DNA of 55,945 bases from an uncultured Micrococcales bacterium (GCA_903893675.1 CAITNA010000174.1:1-55945); one strand, 5' to 3'. Shown: positions 52,601 through 55,033, numbered from the stretch's first letter. The notes: generated by a model not told the origin, from the sequence alone. Program-made: numbers and translations.

Positions 52601-53704
52601 GCTCGAAGCAGAGCTGGTGTAACCCATTTGATCGGTAGCAATTGCGTAGTAGTAAACGTATGAATTGCCAGCCGCGCTCGGCAGCGCACAAGTCCAGTTG
52701 CCAGAGCCATCGGTGGCCACAGAGTTGGTGGCACCGTTGATGGTCGACCCATTAGTACAGGCCACCTTGGTGCCGCCGCTGTTGCTGTTCGTGGTGTTTG
52801 AGTAAACGTTGACGTAGCCGTTGCCCTCTGAAACAGCACCCGCGCCGCTAGTGCCCTGCAGCACAGGGTTGGCCACACCGGTGATGCCGTCGGTGCTCGA
52901 GACGCCGGTGTCAGTTGCCGCGGTCAGAGTCGGTGCGCCAGAGATGCTCGGTGCATTCTGGTCGTTGTACATCGTCTGACCCTGGTTATACAACCAAGAT
53001 GCCGGGATGAGGTTCCAGTTCGAGTTGTCTGTTGAGTACTTCAGCTGAAGCTGGTCGCCTCCGCCGTCTTCACCCCAGGTAACACGAAGTGGGTAGTACA
53101 AGCCGGAAGTAACCGCACCCATCGAAGTGCTGGTGATCGTTCCGCTAGTTGCACCATGAAGACCAGGTTCTTTTGTTGTTGCATTCGCAGCGGTGTAACC
53201 ACTGATTGCGTTTGAACCTGCCCATGCATAACCCGCATCGTCAGTTTCAATACGCAAATACAAACTCGAAGTTGTGATGTTCGGCTTTAGGTAGCCCTGC
53301 ATCAAAATCGAGTAACCGTCGATGCTAGTGGTGTCGCCCGAGTTGTAGGTCTTAGTGGTGTTGTTGGTGTTGTAGTACTGCGACAGCGACCAAACGTTTC
53401 CAATGTCGTTTGCATATGCCGAGCAGTCGCCCGATGGCGTGTGGCTGTCGAACCAACCGATGTTGTCGTTGCGACCATCCGAGTTCGTTGGATCACCGAA
53501 GTAGTAATTCAGATCGAGGTTGGTGCTCGCGTTGTGATAGAACTTGCAACTCAAACCGCTGACAGGTGCGCTCGGAACAGCAGATGCCGGTGGGGCGGGC
53601 TGAACGAGAGCAACAACTGCGGCGATTGCGATTGCGCCGATGATCCCAAAACGAAGGCGCGATGATGTGCGAATAGAGCGAATTAGTGACGTGAAAAATT
53701 TCAC
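21536..53704 (-). CDS. Giant (~10,720 aa) multidomain surface protein / putative adhesin with a C-terminal multi-pass membrane domain
   Basis: Uninterrupted ~32.2-kb ORF. SD AAGGAGGTG (53710-53718) favours GTG 53704 over 53710. Signal peptide, PA14-like domain, beta-helix-like super-repeats, Ig-like repeats, FN3-like domains, PT linker, ~10 TM. Confidence 0.95.
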   Translation of the reverse strand: MKFFTSLIRSIRTSSRLRFGIIGAIAIAAVVALVQPAPPASAVPSAPVSGLSCKFYHNASTNLDLNYYFGDPTNSDGRNDNIGWFDSHTPSGDCSAYANDIGNVWSLSQYYNTNNTTKTYNSGDTTSIDGYSILMQGYLKPNITTSSLYLRIETDDAGYAWAGSNAISGYTAANATTKEPGLHGATSGTITSTSMGAVTSGLYYPLRVTWGEDGGGDQLQLKYSTDNSNWNLIPASWLYNQGQTMYNDQNAPSISGAPTLTAATDTGVSSTDGITGVANPVLQGTSGAGAVSEGNGYVNVYSNTTNSNSGGTKVACTNGSTINGATNSVATDGSGNWTCALPSAAGNSYVYYYAIATDQMGYTSSASSTKAVKGNFVTISTNAAGAQSGVALATQPVVTLTDGGTATVTLASSIGTVTNNTAAASAGTATFSGATITQSSGSIAGATLTYSATGYISATQTVSGIPAYLNVVSSGSTDAGGLFVNGTWYTTNTGVATLTTADLTTQLNLSSVNLLTTGNFYLGASATATTSGSSVKIAAGGYVAVDGKLTLNNGNITVLSNTDGLTGANGGPIAITSSTGGFVSGGGNIILAGGDWNLTTGYAVGYNTAYNGTGAIGGLKEADDSGVYIAGVVNSGGGAITINGQEGTGTADAAGVYIASNGYVQGVGGNVTIKGLIASDLTDLNASHRAFRMGSNTTNPSPTLTTTGNGNITVTAVTTAASNANQQAILFENSTVSAVNGNISISAQPASNVAGFLFATANTSISTSGTGSVSLTSSSIASADDFTKLGTFSAGGSASISVSKALTLPNAWSTAGALNLTSTGSSVTISANQAVTGSGNAITVKAATDIIDSNNLTTNGGAVTLWSDTDAATSRGGGIKVAAAAAISTSGGDVSLSGGTDNTTSWAKGTSATTETGVLFQGSISTGAGAVTIRGEEAATTTSTRQGVQMDYTSSITTASGVVTINGKVDATNSDAANNHYGVFIGTNNATLATITTGSGNINILGDASGNSLGSRRGVLFYTSNVTSSSGAITIEGRATTASNCYDVLFLRETLGSNTVSSATGAVVIKGSASSSSYFSGTNNTISSGTSVNLQLNNPQFNNLTSTTTLGGAGTKTIEPPVGNNYFGSAQTITNLSVDTTSTGLTIGRSTNTANITISGSQSVAGPIQVYGGLITQSSGMTATGSNGLLNYQASSGISISGGITTVAGISLVNTGATTDVVNNASSNMTVTGAGSTIFMKSARNVDLGAKGMSYRTNKGDIVLWGDSDADATNGGSVWIGATSTLNTINGDVTRTSTGGGNIIIGGGSAGTTSPTGYLAMRATGTGLCGFESGSSSTATETTKYYTGGGDFRVKAKGYAVGIDTTCFTGATTLWANGGQIDIDSQNSINAGALQISRLTPTAVTEFFSSSNTAPAIKFNAVSGSSFGFLSGFNSAGPNQTYYQATGTGGISVTGTQATPSSTWAEVGFGASNVLSAGPITINTSSNTSGSGGLQIALVGSATTGATQNIFGYCSTATCGALSQVTSGSPNITINANVVERTAARLYATFNTAGTVKIQPTATTGFAQFSTVGSGDINISSDCTGFTLGKDQTTDTFGPLNLYDTWSISGPIAIYAASVNLTANLTVTGSGNKMLVKATGDVYNAASTTFQTNGGNIVFWADSDKVAGVASNGGRISLAATTTLKSQGGGIYLGGGLDDGGTDSGIPSMNGWSSMAAGDGLPDGYAVGQNVANQDPGLYLNSGYSILSAGGDVYMAAQDATTNPNSGTSAELLAVAGTIDSGTGRIGAWGKASAMSSAITNYGVYLHGEGGDNVNTGSVWHSANRTSEAITIYGDSSANTSANAYGVSAMRYSTLSSQWGYNSFHLLASGLKDSANLATTPGGGIRVTGIGSNGATYGMNGIWWAWADALAKDGAITFSGYSKDAAGSRSSAGIYLGDENASMNDRFGAMSTIGSSSAKTYLTASGSTVDFTTSSANITLSSPKFVFFEFANAVSASGYYFDTTGDVTLQPWGSTFTASQNVGHWQFGRIQMPSRVRNFTLGKPTDATSATPYSTIWYYNINASGSIKFYCSGQFNLNGTPQLNTTLAASGNSTPNVGILVKSADRLQLSNGVNMTAGGSDITLWADADANGLGGIYLDNNNVLTSNGGAITIGGGLDDGGSGDMAGRVAGDGRPDGYAASNQGWWYSTNGQVMGVWLHAGYQLLSGGGPITIAGQDNPVYGYDSTGVGMETGMVYAGTGKIAIYGKTASGCTNNWHRSVMTGWGGSTFIISDSSATDAIYMRGNSATCDNGVAVHSNAVEGLDGYTYVATPSGGGISMSGTQGSANHTAGTFGTNAEESNILELNYYHLISNSGPITLNAIKATTSTRWGVRFATRAGLTSNIGALPSAVSTGYTAYATLAAVASTSDFTINADSICTYYTNIRTTGNIKFAPNAGTFDYAVLANAADWATTWNGPYKSIQIGKPGTNGGNQSSQDITVDKLSSTGDIALYGGTITLKGGATTSETSGNGVLVKATADIIVNSGTSAARNPMSVTGTSSTAPVTLWSNADASGSGSINIGDYVDIATQGAAITLAGSAAATDTTPTGSAVGGTSTYCTGIYLGANAVAVDDVKVTSVGGNILLKGKSTYDGGGCMGMKIFSGDTINSGTGSVTIVADGGTPTGGNNGHGTEMNLNGGYKTTITSAKTSGTAISITGTSAGTSTNGRGIVVWNGTALHQMSITATGGGDISLVGAANSNSPNSITLNYTDVFATGGKITIDGGNHQVYLGEHSGGNFIGGSASNSTSGDITIKATNIQVGTVASAAAFQYASKLYLISNLASFSGASTIDTGMSVTGLGYMQVGSSTNTAAITLNGTNSVAGNIDVYGGAVTIGGNQTTTNNGNISVNATGAYSGTGNLNAAGNVVLNAGSVTGSGDFTSVGSGGIVVTASSGSASFGGNFTANTSATAPITLKTTGSLTMTASKAIKTAGGNAILWSRYLAAAGDSTVGSITLGNTDSITTSGGAIVLAGTSQVDGNGFPTGYAYSVSASDGGIRLGTSDTATDGNIILSSGGGQITMYGSQSTGANGWGVIIRGGSKVDAGTGTVVINGKTDNASANGVDIENTSSNNVKLLSAATSGTAISITGTSSNATATNTRAIYTGGAGLTVNASGGGDVSISGTETGTMATNPAAIYFGGSSDILASGGNVTINGGTQGIYWTGTINLGALSTGTATGNVTVTGNNLGGSPTLTVKTTGAVVFESSGNAFNSAFSTSGFGLSGPPSSLRIGKSTNNQNVTLSAGTVSVAGPINVYGLAISDAATITTTNSGLVNLAGTGASTVSGTVTSAGAFTATGSTESVSAAVSATGDVLIAASAGSATITANVTTSETSGNGLQIKATQDVLISGGASGARRAITITGAASTAPLYIWANTDASGSGAISVANYTDITGVNGAVILGGSGASSDTQPTSYAQGYSSYGSGVALGSGATVTDEVKISASAGNISIMGQTNNTATSAGVLVYEGVNIASATGTVSVLGYSQQPTTNAHAVYLAYAGGAGVNSNISSGATSGNAITITGLVNSASSSPSNNANGITIWTTGGVQTINASGGGNIVMTGTASSATTDSIELNYTNIYAAGGNITIDGGTQNVSFNLQTGVAAVAVGGSSSSSLAGNIKVISDAESYVAGGSTTFQNAAGLYLQPKSPSFTSATTVASTVTMTNLGYLAVGKSGNGVGVTIADTNSIKGNIDIWASAVTMSANQTTTNSGNITITGSGAYTGAGTLNSAGNVSVTSTTFAGTGAITAAGNITMTQSGAYTGSATLTATGNVAATALSFSGVGAVQASGSGGAVLTATGGDMALAGNVSVTTSATGPITLKSTGSIQVAASKSLTTNGGNVVIWTRSGSLDSSSTVGAFSLDNGGSITTNGGSVYIAGSSFTDTNGFPNGSTYASAAYSAGTYVWGGVLFGSSPTGTADSITTSGGNIRIYGSTGGSAAQGIAIQGSTAMVIDSGSGRIDAKATTASTGDNAFEAWNGGVTWQSSAPADAVNNTPAIRFQALITNASSNMQPLQVSGTLYAWKATGGGDIDFTATSANSSAYAFDSTKALQFLASSGQIRINLGANGADLTGTTAAGFVVGAISGGSSSSNVVITGDRFNEVTANATAAGAVIRTSGNVTIQPNSQLFSSAQTFDSTWSFTGVTGTNSGAIGNVVIGQSGTSGTVSGATQNNSDVTVSTAITSSGTISIYGKTVTVGASMTTNTASAILLKATQDVVTSNGASTSSRITFTTSGGPVTFWSNADASGSGAIFVGQFNKITTSGGNITLAGGATATESSPSGAAKNNGTTYAVGVMVGGNAVAAGNVDLLSGGGNIVVNGYSNATTTQFANGVTSMQGNTYNSGTGTITITGQADGNTNGTAYGVELMGGGATAPVTITSANTSTSAITITGTNTNGTGASEWGLVSANASGATQLTVNATGAGGSVTITGTSTATSTTAGIVLSHVNILATNTVTLDGGTKGVYMSSGSASDANVIGGSASGNCTGGVTIRGDNNVFATALTTIRCTAPVVIESSTNSAFFSAAQTLPASTFALADVTDFRWGKTTNTTTMTNAAAIAAAGNISIYGSSIQVNAGVSTSGSTKSILFKSTGDITNGAAVTMQSNGGPIIFWANSTGGNGWVSIYAGSTVNTVGGITTRTATGGGDIIIGGGTGAGSYPTGPVAGNSATYSAFVSGTGGSATSVTTYYSGGGNININTTEASTTRAIAFNYATTMWANGGQITLAGSNTSASAAQQSGIELMDAAETTANASDFFSSSATAPAISITASSTKGSAFESGYYATGANRVYIQASGSGGITISGTNSSTTLNGPEVGINGTNLLSAGPITINTATTTAGAGGFFDSKLAGSGGSGGVSNIGYCLVATCPLSQVTTTTGNITFNINRQASYFSPMNNNINTKGTVTFMPSLTTGFLSQVPTANDKISSDCTGLFIGKDQNTNTWTFTAPIAYAIAGPIQVYAGTAVLAQNLTSTGSGNGILVKATGDISSSGGASGTPRTIQANGGAITLWADADNSGAGAIALADYTSLNSEAGATTLTTAGGQITLGGGVDANSDGLPDGAAIGNSSGNTDGVLLGNKSTSTANSINIYSGTAGMSIKGSSAYGRGVFVTPGSNIYAGDTILIQGGASGSTNGYFHAVALGDLSTVSSSLNIVSAKATGNAIQIIGDTTNSATTQPSFGVVITPNGGTFIALLKATGGGAINISGTSTAAGTNGVFAANVDILNANGAINITGGTTGTYIGSSVNIGYKAGSSVTSDSGDIKVTGDAFTMLSGSNVKTSGVVTIAPTTSTTAINLSASGSDSAGTLDLNNTELTQITAGTLRIGASGGSNSGNITIANTLAPSNYTTLALRTSGAVTESTAYNITIANLGISAGGNVTLAGQNNTTNLAITSSGTTPTVSYTEATGGTYTPANVDSITANFGIATSYTVTNPPTSGYLNTVFSPAPVVTVKDLYNNVISAQNTVSNTVVASTATSGFTLGGTTSITQVGGTITFNNLKVTSGTGTLVVNFNNAAITQQASVNSGNVTIQVGDPDHLIITTQPAGGKAGAAFTTQPVVEIDSAGNTVVTANGTTLAVTASLTSGTGTLVGTTTVNAVAGVATFTNLGIGGVTSGSYVITFTATYSTNPAMTVATSALTITYGSADHLTLTTSAAGFASRTNFTTQPVVTVQDAYGNTVTNYSTAVTIAINGGSTLTGTASATPSSGVATFSGLGSYGLVSNSNTLTYSSGALTTATQTFSNTPGAAYQLAKTTAAAGATNGSAFTTQPVITIQDQDGNTVTSGSQSTQNVVITASAGTLSGTTTLPAVGGVATFTNVALTGTAANITLTYTISSPSSITANQTISLVAGAATQLVLTTSANYCQSRIACTSQPVVKIADTSGNATTSTALVTASITNGTGTIAAGATASATGGIATFSGLTIQGTAANNFAIQYSMSSPSLNVSQTSLQLQPGTTVKLYLKTPAAGFTNAVAFSTAPVVQFTDADNNVTNTTGTIQASVSAGNGGGSAVLGGTTTKQSTQGTSDFTGNGLVLTGTADTYTITYSCYGFTSATQTATLAVGAAAKVVVTTGVAGFVNRAAFTTQPIAQIQDVSGNLVTTSTATVTVSISSGNLTGTTSVAAVGGIADWTTANPPLSKNGTIGSKTLTFASSGLTSDTTQNFTLTYGSATQLLITQGVASGTAVNNAAFSSQPRITIADQDGNTVTGGTDATQNISVSIDSGTLSGTTSVPAISGVATFSGLKYVGLVGSRTLTYAIASPSAITKTEVITTTYGAADHLAVTQPAAGAVNGVAFTTQPKVTVQDLSNNTVGNSSVVITASSSGATPGGTLTATAASGVATFSGLKLTGTVGSYTLTFTATSLTQDTQPISLAAGAVTSIAISGSTTAANAQALSVQPVVTLLDASNNTVPNADTTVTLTATGATLSGTTSMTSVGGVANFTGKGITLTGSTGSKTITATITSPSTMTAGLGVTLTYGTATKLAVSATTVSATNRAVWAAQPTITVQDVSGNTVANSTGTISASVTSANAANVTLGGTPSANATAGSLAYSDLKLSGTAATYTITYASSGLASVTQTVTTVAGSATQLNLYTSAAGAVDGVAFTTQPVVKFLDADGNLTTSTATVTATVSAGVASGVSTLGGTTTATASAGTATFSGLKLTGTLDTYTLTYASTGLTSLTQSITTTIGAASKLALTTQVAGFANRSAFTIQPVVTVQDIGNNTVTSSNATILASIDTGALTGTLSLAAVNGVADWTTAPTALGKTGTVGSKTLTFSSAGLASATQSFTLINGAATQLVVSQSVNVAKSFYYPSGPQTSVSRSTVTNGGWTLCYSDTFANYSAPSLSSVFANCTGTYLMYASGPSANGSFDVVGAGPRASVTANLDADSTFTSKTTANGIDWYYYTNRSIGFAKQGDPFTLNWPDVNATGAATKISWGTISGTLATGYRSGAYVGYGASYGRYIYTSNGGAAGNADIVNGTAFAQQPKITIKDADGNVVTTGADASTNVVASMANGLNGTATVQAVNGVATFTDLAYTGAVGVQTITYTLASTAVTTSESFNVAAGAATQVVLTTQAAGAANAAGFTTQPVATIEDASGNTVTSSTASVTISVAGATLGGTTTVSAVNGVANFSGLSLTGTVGSYTLTFASSGLTSAIQGISLTFGAATKVVVTTGVAGFINRTNFTTQPVAKIEDSSGNVVTTSTASITASISTGTLTGTTSLVAVNGVADWTTASTPLGKYGTIGSKTLTFASTGLASDTSQVFTLTYGAATQLVNGTKVSSGTAVNNANFSVQPVVTIKDQDGNTVTGGSDSTQNVTISIDSGSISGTTSVAAVAGVATFSGLKYVGLIGSKTLTYSIASPSTITTTDAITATYGAADHLAVTQQASGAVNGVAFTTQPKVTVQDISNNTVANSSMVITASASGAILAGTSLTATAASGVATFSTLKLTGQVGSYTLTFSGTSVTAATQPISLVAGLATQMTVTASTSQVNAQAMVVQPVVTIKDASGNTVDTSTATVTLTATGAAISGTTSMPAVSGVADFAGKVVTLTGTVGAKTLTATITSPSTITATTSVTITYGTATQLAVSAANVSATNRVVFGAQPTITVQDVSGNTVVNATDSISASVTSANAADVALGGTATASATAGSLAYSDLKLTGKAATYTITYEANGLTSITQTVTLVSGAVDHVGLVVPATANSAAVLSTQPVATLYDADGNVTSSTALVTISVSGATITGTTTMNAVAGVANFTGKGITLTGTVGDKSMTASVTISGSTITSPAETVSLGFGAATKVVIVRSAAGAAARIDFATQPAIEIQDSSGNMVTSSLAPVTVSVSAGAILSGLTSTNSYYGSNDWSGVSPSDQFSLSGPAGTYTLTFASAGLAPATQSIELTFGVASQLVLHAAADGAAAGLPFTGQPVLYIEDADGNLITSGSESTLHVAASLTSGNLVGTTNVTATGGIATFTDLQISDTVGSYTLNYAVTDAGYSALTTSQSILISAGAPAKLAMYQQPSIGGATGSAFSTQPKIVVLDAFNNVVIKDSGRIITASYSGANGGTLSGSPNLTATTSSGIATFSGLKFVGTPGTSYTLHFAVAANALTATDSDNFTVTHAAASQLVITQQPVGGNAVRSPLTTQPIVEVRDVYGNLVTDGSGSNATVSINIHNDFGAGRGDLSTGTLSVTAVGGVATFTGVILSDAAINHNYTFDFTATLNGTSVNSAASNAIQVVHAAASHITLSHSASGAAAGVAFTSQPTVSVLDTENNVVTDGTYNDTNVTVSISAGATLSGTTTVAAVAGVATFTDLIISGPAGSYTLTYSAPATGFTAVTQSITLGYGLPDHLGITTQPVGGNATGTALTTQPVIQVYDAWNNPVANATNTITASITAGDGNGTISAGTSKAAVAGVATFSGLTIVGTPLSPYTLTFNASGLTGVTGNSITVTHAPATQLVYLTQPVGGNATGDDLTTQPVLRLLDQYGNLVTGDSTSVITAHIASGSGATISNVTATANAGIVTFAHLRLVGVPGTSYKLNFTTGSLTSADSNAFTVTNAVATQLVITQASATARAGVAFGTQPKVTVKDAYGNVVTVGAGSGANVTATVSAGGVLVGQATVAATQGVATFTDLGIGGQTGNYTVTYTITTPLTLTASETIGVGYGVATHLGISSQPVAGKTGDNLSTQPVVQVLDAYNNVVANSGINVSATMTAPQQGESLTGAAVAAVNGVATFTLLNIVTLPGDKSITFVANGLVSAQSNSVTFVHADPSQLSISTQPVGGNATGTALTTQPVVRILDRFGNLATSSSATETISVASGAGGSLSSGTTSVAAVGGIATFSGVKLVGTPHVDYTLGFASAGLTSATSSALQVAHGAAATLTITTQPVAGATALVMPTQPVVAVRDSYGNLLDDDNSIAVTANITSGANGTLTGTQTITDVNGVVTFTDLALTGTPGVDYKLTFASGSLTSVTSNNIRVVAGAATHLGMVTQPVGAITGKALGTQPSVALLDYFGNVVLSDSTTVVSVAIASGSNGTLSGNQTATAVNGVATFSGLKLTGTPMADYTLTFTAGPLASATSSALHVTHDATAQLVWATQPIGSATGDDLPTQPVLRLLDQYGNLATADNSTVVTATVASGANGSLSQATATAVGGVLTFQWLNLVGTPGVQYSLAMTAVTSGNATITAQNSNAITLTHAAPYRLVVVSQPTGGLSGATLPANSQPIIQVRDRFGNLASTDNSTAVTVAVCGLSTCAGSSDGGTVTGTTTVTDVNGIVSFDNIALAGTPGAPYQLRFTSNGLVNATSSAMRVSKVADLAVDYPTTPWAAGQHVTPTVTTDSPGVVTYATVGDMSAICSVNAATGVATIIGVGVCNIHAIIANAPYYQTNNVDTTLEIDKATQPTIRITSATTTAYLQPIQLTVSGGASQTTEPSPLTFWVSGSCQLVGTTLVPGDAGTTCRVMAMRDETTHYNSATSSIVSITTTKIAQAALSLVNSSTMQVGTMDLVTVGGSGTGAMSYQIVSAGTAGCTLSGLRLTAATSGTCTVKALKAASTNYTAIESAIQTITVNKLPQTVTFTSAIPMYPVPGGTYQVAAVSTSGLSVSFSITAGSGTTCSFNNANPGMLQFLTSGPCVIRATQAGNGVYNSDFAQQTITVGSLNQSITWAPILTQSFGTPATMLTATSNSGLPIVYSAGPAITTSTINGQTLAACTVTSAGQVNYNAAGTCDIIANQPGNATYLAAPQVEQVFTIKPVQAGAPTVFSISGGINSVTVTYTAPSFSGGAPINGYQLMAGGSDGSVLTNSACATTGTPLSCTLDGLTPGVSYSVKVAAITTAGVGVYSAVSPITVSPVAAPTSVTNVTAALNGTALSVNWTQPLAIDGTFTAYAVYVAPRGTNFSDTPQTSVTDVATTNATIDQNAIVGTSMRIRRASLLSLSLHNGASINPVSGLPDGYDVKIVTLSSNMPTETVDNTTSTATLSFTKPAAPGSVTATGFGGDLLISWVPPIIDGGSPILDYTVKLNNADACVAVTGTSCVKTGVSSNTLNTITVSARNAIGTSDVTSATYGSNPPPPPVVTPTPTPTPTPTPTPTPTKSPKPTATPTPSKSPSSAPSTTPIPTSAPTPTATPSASPTPTASASASASPSASPSDTPVAAPVPTTIPPVIDPGITIPQITPGEPVPNPAIGATGDDNAPPAPFDPLSSPQGVVALTQTTGSIAAVAGSVAAAAAAAAAGAAAAGAAAAAGGAAAAGASAGAGAAGGNAAGSSGGSAARGSGASGGSSGGSGSGGSGGSSNNSGGSITNIDAEHEEFEDLRRARGDAARIWRRRWMKWLDKPSLKLIHSVARFSPLFTRIVEDGAYLRAAAGTFSILPTVASAALGVVSLAINGSLVVPPPWYLFVAIAVIGIFDTFAGLIGTTVFVLGALLLGAGGDLNHIRMLLGVVIVGYGPALLANAFRAFRKVTENTSVYWWERVVDLAVLPFIGGWVTSSMISTLPALAGVTLAVANHVGDFSLAVAVAIALRVIAEELSGRLFPERLNYLHPTEVTNTHGAQRWISLVLRLSVFIFVTSALMGNDWRIWMGSVLFVVPTLIGFYSDKFPNYPWIWRIMPNGIPGLAFTLVVASLTTNLVGSWFGGSPELALWSFGLLPIPMLGLTVLHILGREGLPGEERWIKRPRLVWLYRIGGIVMLIVTMKLAGVI
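22745..23435 (-). repeat. Giant protein: Pro/Thr/Ser linker and Ala/Gly/Ser low-complexity segment
   Basis: PPPPP-(TP)n-(SP/SA)n, then AAAAAAAAGAAAAG... and SSGGS. The 6-bp PT units at ~23360-23410 use varied synonymous codons. Confidence 0.85.
23440..24380 (-). other. Giant protein: three fibronectin type III-like domains
   Basis: 'YTAPSFSGGAPINGY...YSVKVAA', 'LSVNWTQP', 'ISWVPPIIDGGSPILDY...VSARNAIG'. Boundaries approximate. Confidence 0.8.
24385..25700 (-). repeat. Giant protein: five ~88-aa Ig-like domains, each with a Cys pair
   Basis: Repeated C-x(12-16)-C-x-I/V-x-A...Y pattern (CSVN..GVCNIHA; CQLV..TCRVMA; CTLS..GTCTVKA; CSFN..GPCVIRA; CTVT..GTCDIIA). Confidence 0.7.
25700..37345 (-). 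repeat. Giant protein: 35 tandem ~105-aa Ig-like repeats (stalk)
   Basis: Counted by eye from the recurring 'GAATQL....TTQPVV.I.D..GN.V....A..GVATF..L...G..G.YTLTF' motif. Confidence 0.85.
37350..52310 (-). repeat. Giant protein: ~5,000-aa beta-helix-like region of 12 ~400-aa super-repeats
   Basis: Dense G-x-I-x-I / GGNI beta-turn motifs; an 'I/V-x-L/F-W-S/A-D/N-x-D' anchor recurs every 1.1-1.4 kb. Confidence 0.75.
52320..52955 (-). other. Giant protein: two N-proximal Ig-like domains
   Basis: 'APTLTAATDTGVSSTDGIT...DGSGNWTC...ATDQMG' (bacterial Ig-like), followed by one repeat of the stalk type ('ALATQPVVTL...GTATFSG'). Confidence 0.6.
52985..53560 (-). other. Giant protein: PA14/GLEYA-like N-terminal domain
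   Basis: 'GLSCKFY', 'YSILMQGYLKP', 'ETDDAGYAW' (DD motif), 'GLYYPLRVTWGEDGGGDQLQLKYS', 'IPASWL'. Confidence 0.8.
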
Positions 53705-53848
53705 GATCACACCTCCTTGCTCTACTCAGCTACCGAGGCCAAAATGCGCTAAACGGTAGGCCAAAGCAGGGCAAAGCAAGCCCCACCAGGCCCTTTAAGT
53801 GTCGCAACGCGCGCGAATTACATCAATGTAGTTATTCGGGTATACCGA

Positions 53849-53878
53849 ACAAAAAACCCGCCCTAAAAGGGCGGGTTT
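53849..53878 (-). terminator. Intrinsic terminator of rplJL
   Basis: Minus strand: AAACCCGCCC-TTTTA-GGGCGGGTTT followed by TTTGTT, ~20 nt after the rplL stop. Confidence 0.9.
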
Positions 53879-53899
53879 CCTGAGAGTTTTGGAGCTGAA

Positions 53900-54283
53900 T
53901 TACTTCAGAACTACCTTTGCGCCGGCGCCCTCAAGAGCAGCCTTTGCCTTCTCGGCAGTGTCCTTGTTTGCACCCTCGAGAACGGTTGCAGGTGCACCGT
54001 CAACGAGAGCCTTTGCCTCGCCAAGACCGAGGTTGGTCAGGGCGCGAACTTCCTTAATTACAGCGATCTTCTGGTCGCCAGCTGACTCGAGAACTACGTC
54101 GAACGAGTCCTTCTCCTCAGCAGCCTCAGCAGCGCCGCCAGCTGCAGGTGCAGCAGCGACTGCAACTGGTGCAGCAGCGGTTACTTCGAAGACCTCTTCG
54201 AACTTCTTAACGAACTCGCTGAGCTCGATGAGCGAAAGCTCCTTGAAAGCGTCGATCAACTGGTCGGTTGAAAGCTTTGCCAT
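53900..54283 (-). CDS. rplL: 50S ribosomal protein L7/L12
   Basis: '[10 protein letters not shown]', 'KIAVIKEVR', 'LGLGEAK', 'LEGAGAKV'. Confidence 0.99.
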   Translation of the reverse strand: MAKLSTDQLIDAFKELSLIELSEFVKKFEEVFEVTAAAPVAVAAAPAAGGAAEAAEEKDSFDVVLESAGDQKIAVIKEVRALTNLGLGEAKALVDGAPATVLEGANKDTAEKAKAALEGAGAKVVLK

Positions 54284-54331
54284 TTTTATCTCCTATTGGT
54301 TTGAAGCAGTTTTTGGGGTAAATCCGAGTTC

Positions 54332-54838
54332 TTAGGCCTGCTTGATGCGCAGGGCGTCGACGGTGCGAGCGGCCTGGGCAAGCGGAGCCTGGAACATGTA
54401 AGCAGCCTGGAACATCTTGGCCTTGAATGCGCTGGCGGCCTTGGCCAACAGCACCTCGCGGCTTTCGAGGTCGGCAAGCTTCTTAACCTCGTCGGCGGTC
54501 AGGGCGGCGCCGTCAAGGACACCGCTCTTTAGAACGAACAGAGGGTTTGCCTTCGCAAAGTCACGCAATGCCTTAGCAACCGACACGGCGTCGCCGTGTA
54601 CGAATGCCATCGCGCTAGGACCGAAGAGCTGGCCATCAAAGGCACTAACTCCTGCGTTCTTGGCAGCGATCTCAAGCAGAGTGTTCTTTGCTACGGCGTA
54701 GGTTGCGTCCTTGCTGATTGACTTGCGCAGCTCCTTGAGCTGGGCAACAGTAAGGCCGCGGTACTCGGTTAGGAGAACAGCGTTCGAGCTCTTGAACGAG
54801 TCAGTAAGCTCGGCGACGTTCTGTACCTTGTTCGCCAT
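54332..54838 (-). CDS. rplJ: 50S ribosomal protein L10
   Basis: 'LTEYRGLTVAQL', 'VAKNTL', 'LESREVLLAK'; RBS AAGGAG; directly upstream of rplL. Confidence 0.98.
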   Translation of the reverse strand: MANKVQNVAELTDSFKSSNAVLLTEYRGLTVAQLKELRKSISKDATYAVAKNTLLEIAAKNAGVSAFDGQLFGPSAMAFVHGDAVSVAKALRDFAKANPLFVLKSGVLDGAALTADEVKKLADLESREVLLAKAASAFKAKMFQAAYMFQAPLAQAARTVDALRIKQA

Positions 54839-54849
54839 GGCACTCCTTG

Positions 54850-55033
54850 ATTGTTTGTGCCGGTCAGCCCCAAAAACAAAAAAGCTCCGAGCGCAGAGGC
54901 ACGGAGCGGCGGCCCAGAAGGGCAGTTACTTCATACACCTGCGCGGGCCAGCATTTCTGCAATCTTCGTCGGCGCGTGCGAATCAGAGATTTCTCTTTGA
55001 TTTGCCTGCCCCGAAACCGGCGGTCTTTGGCTA
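54850..55033 (-). ncRNA. L10 leader (rplJL autoregulatory 5' UTR)
   Basis: Minus strand: 'CCAAAGACCGCCGG...GAAG...CCCGCGCAGG', then a GCTCCG..CGGAGC hairpin with a long U tract before rplJ. Confidence 0.7.

Noticed and set aside
21540-53665. Dozens of plus-strand and alternate-frame ORFs inside the giant gene, including 22332..23444 (370 aa) and 25511..26524 (337 aa)
   Set aside because: Antisense shadows of a Thr/Ala/Gly/Ser-rich, stop-poor coding sequence. They mirror the sense codons and show no family motifs.
21536-53704. Giant protein as a CdiA/RTX/Rhs toxin, NRPS/PKS, or sortase substrate
   Set aside because: I saw no VENN or toxin C-terminus, no GGxGxD nonapeptide runs, no YD repeats, no synthase motifs and no LPXTG; the C-terminus is a multi-pass membrane region.
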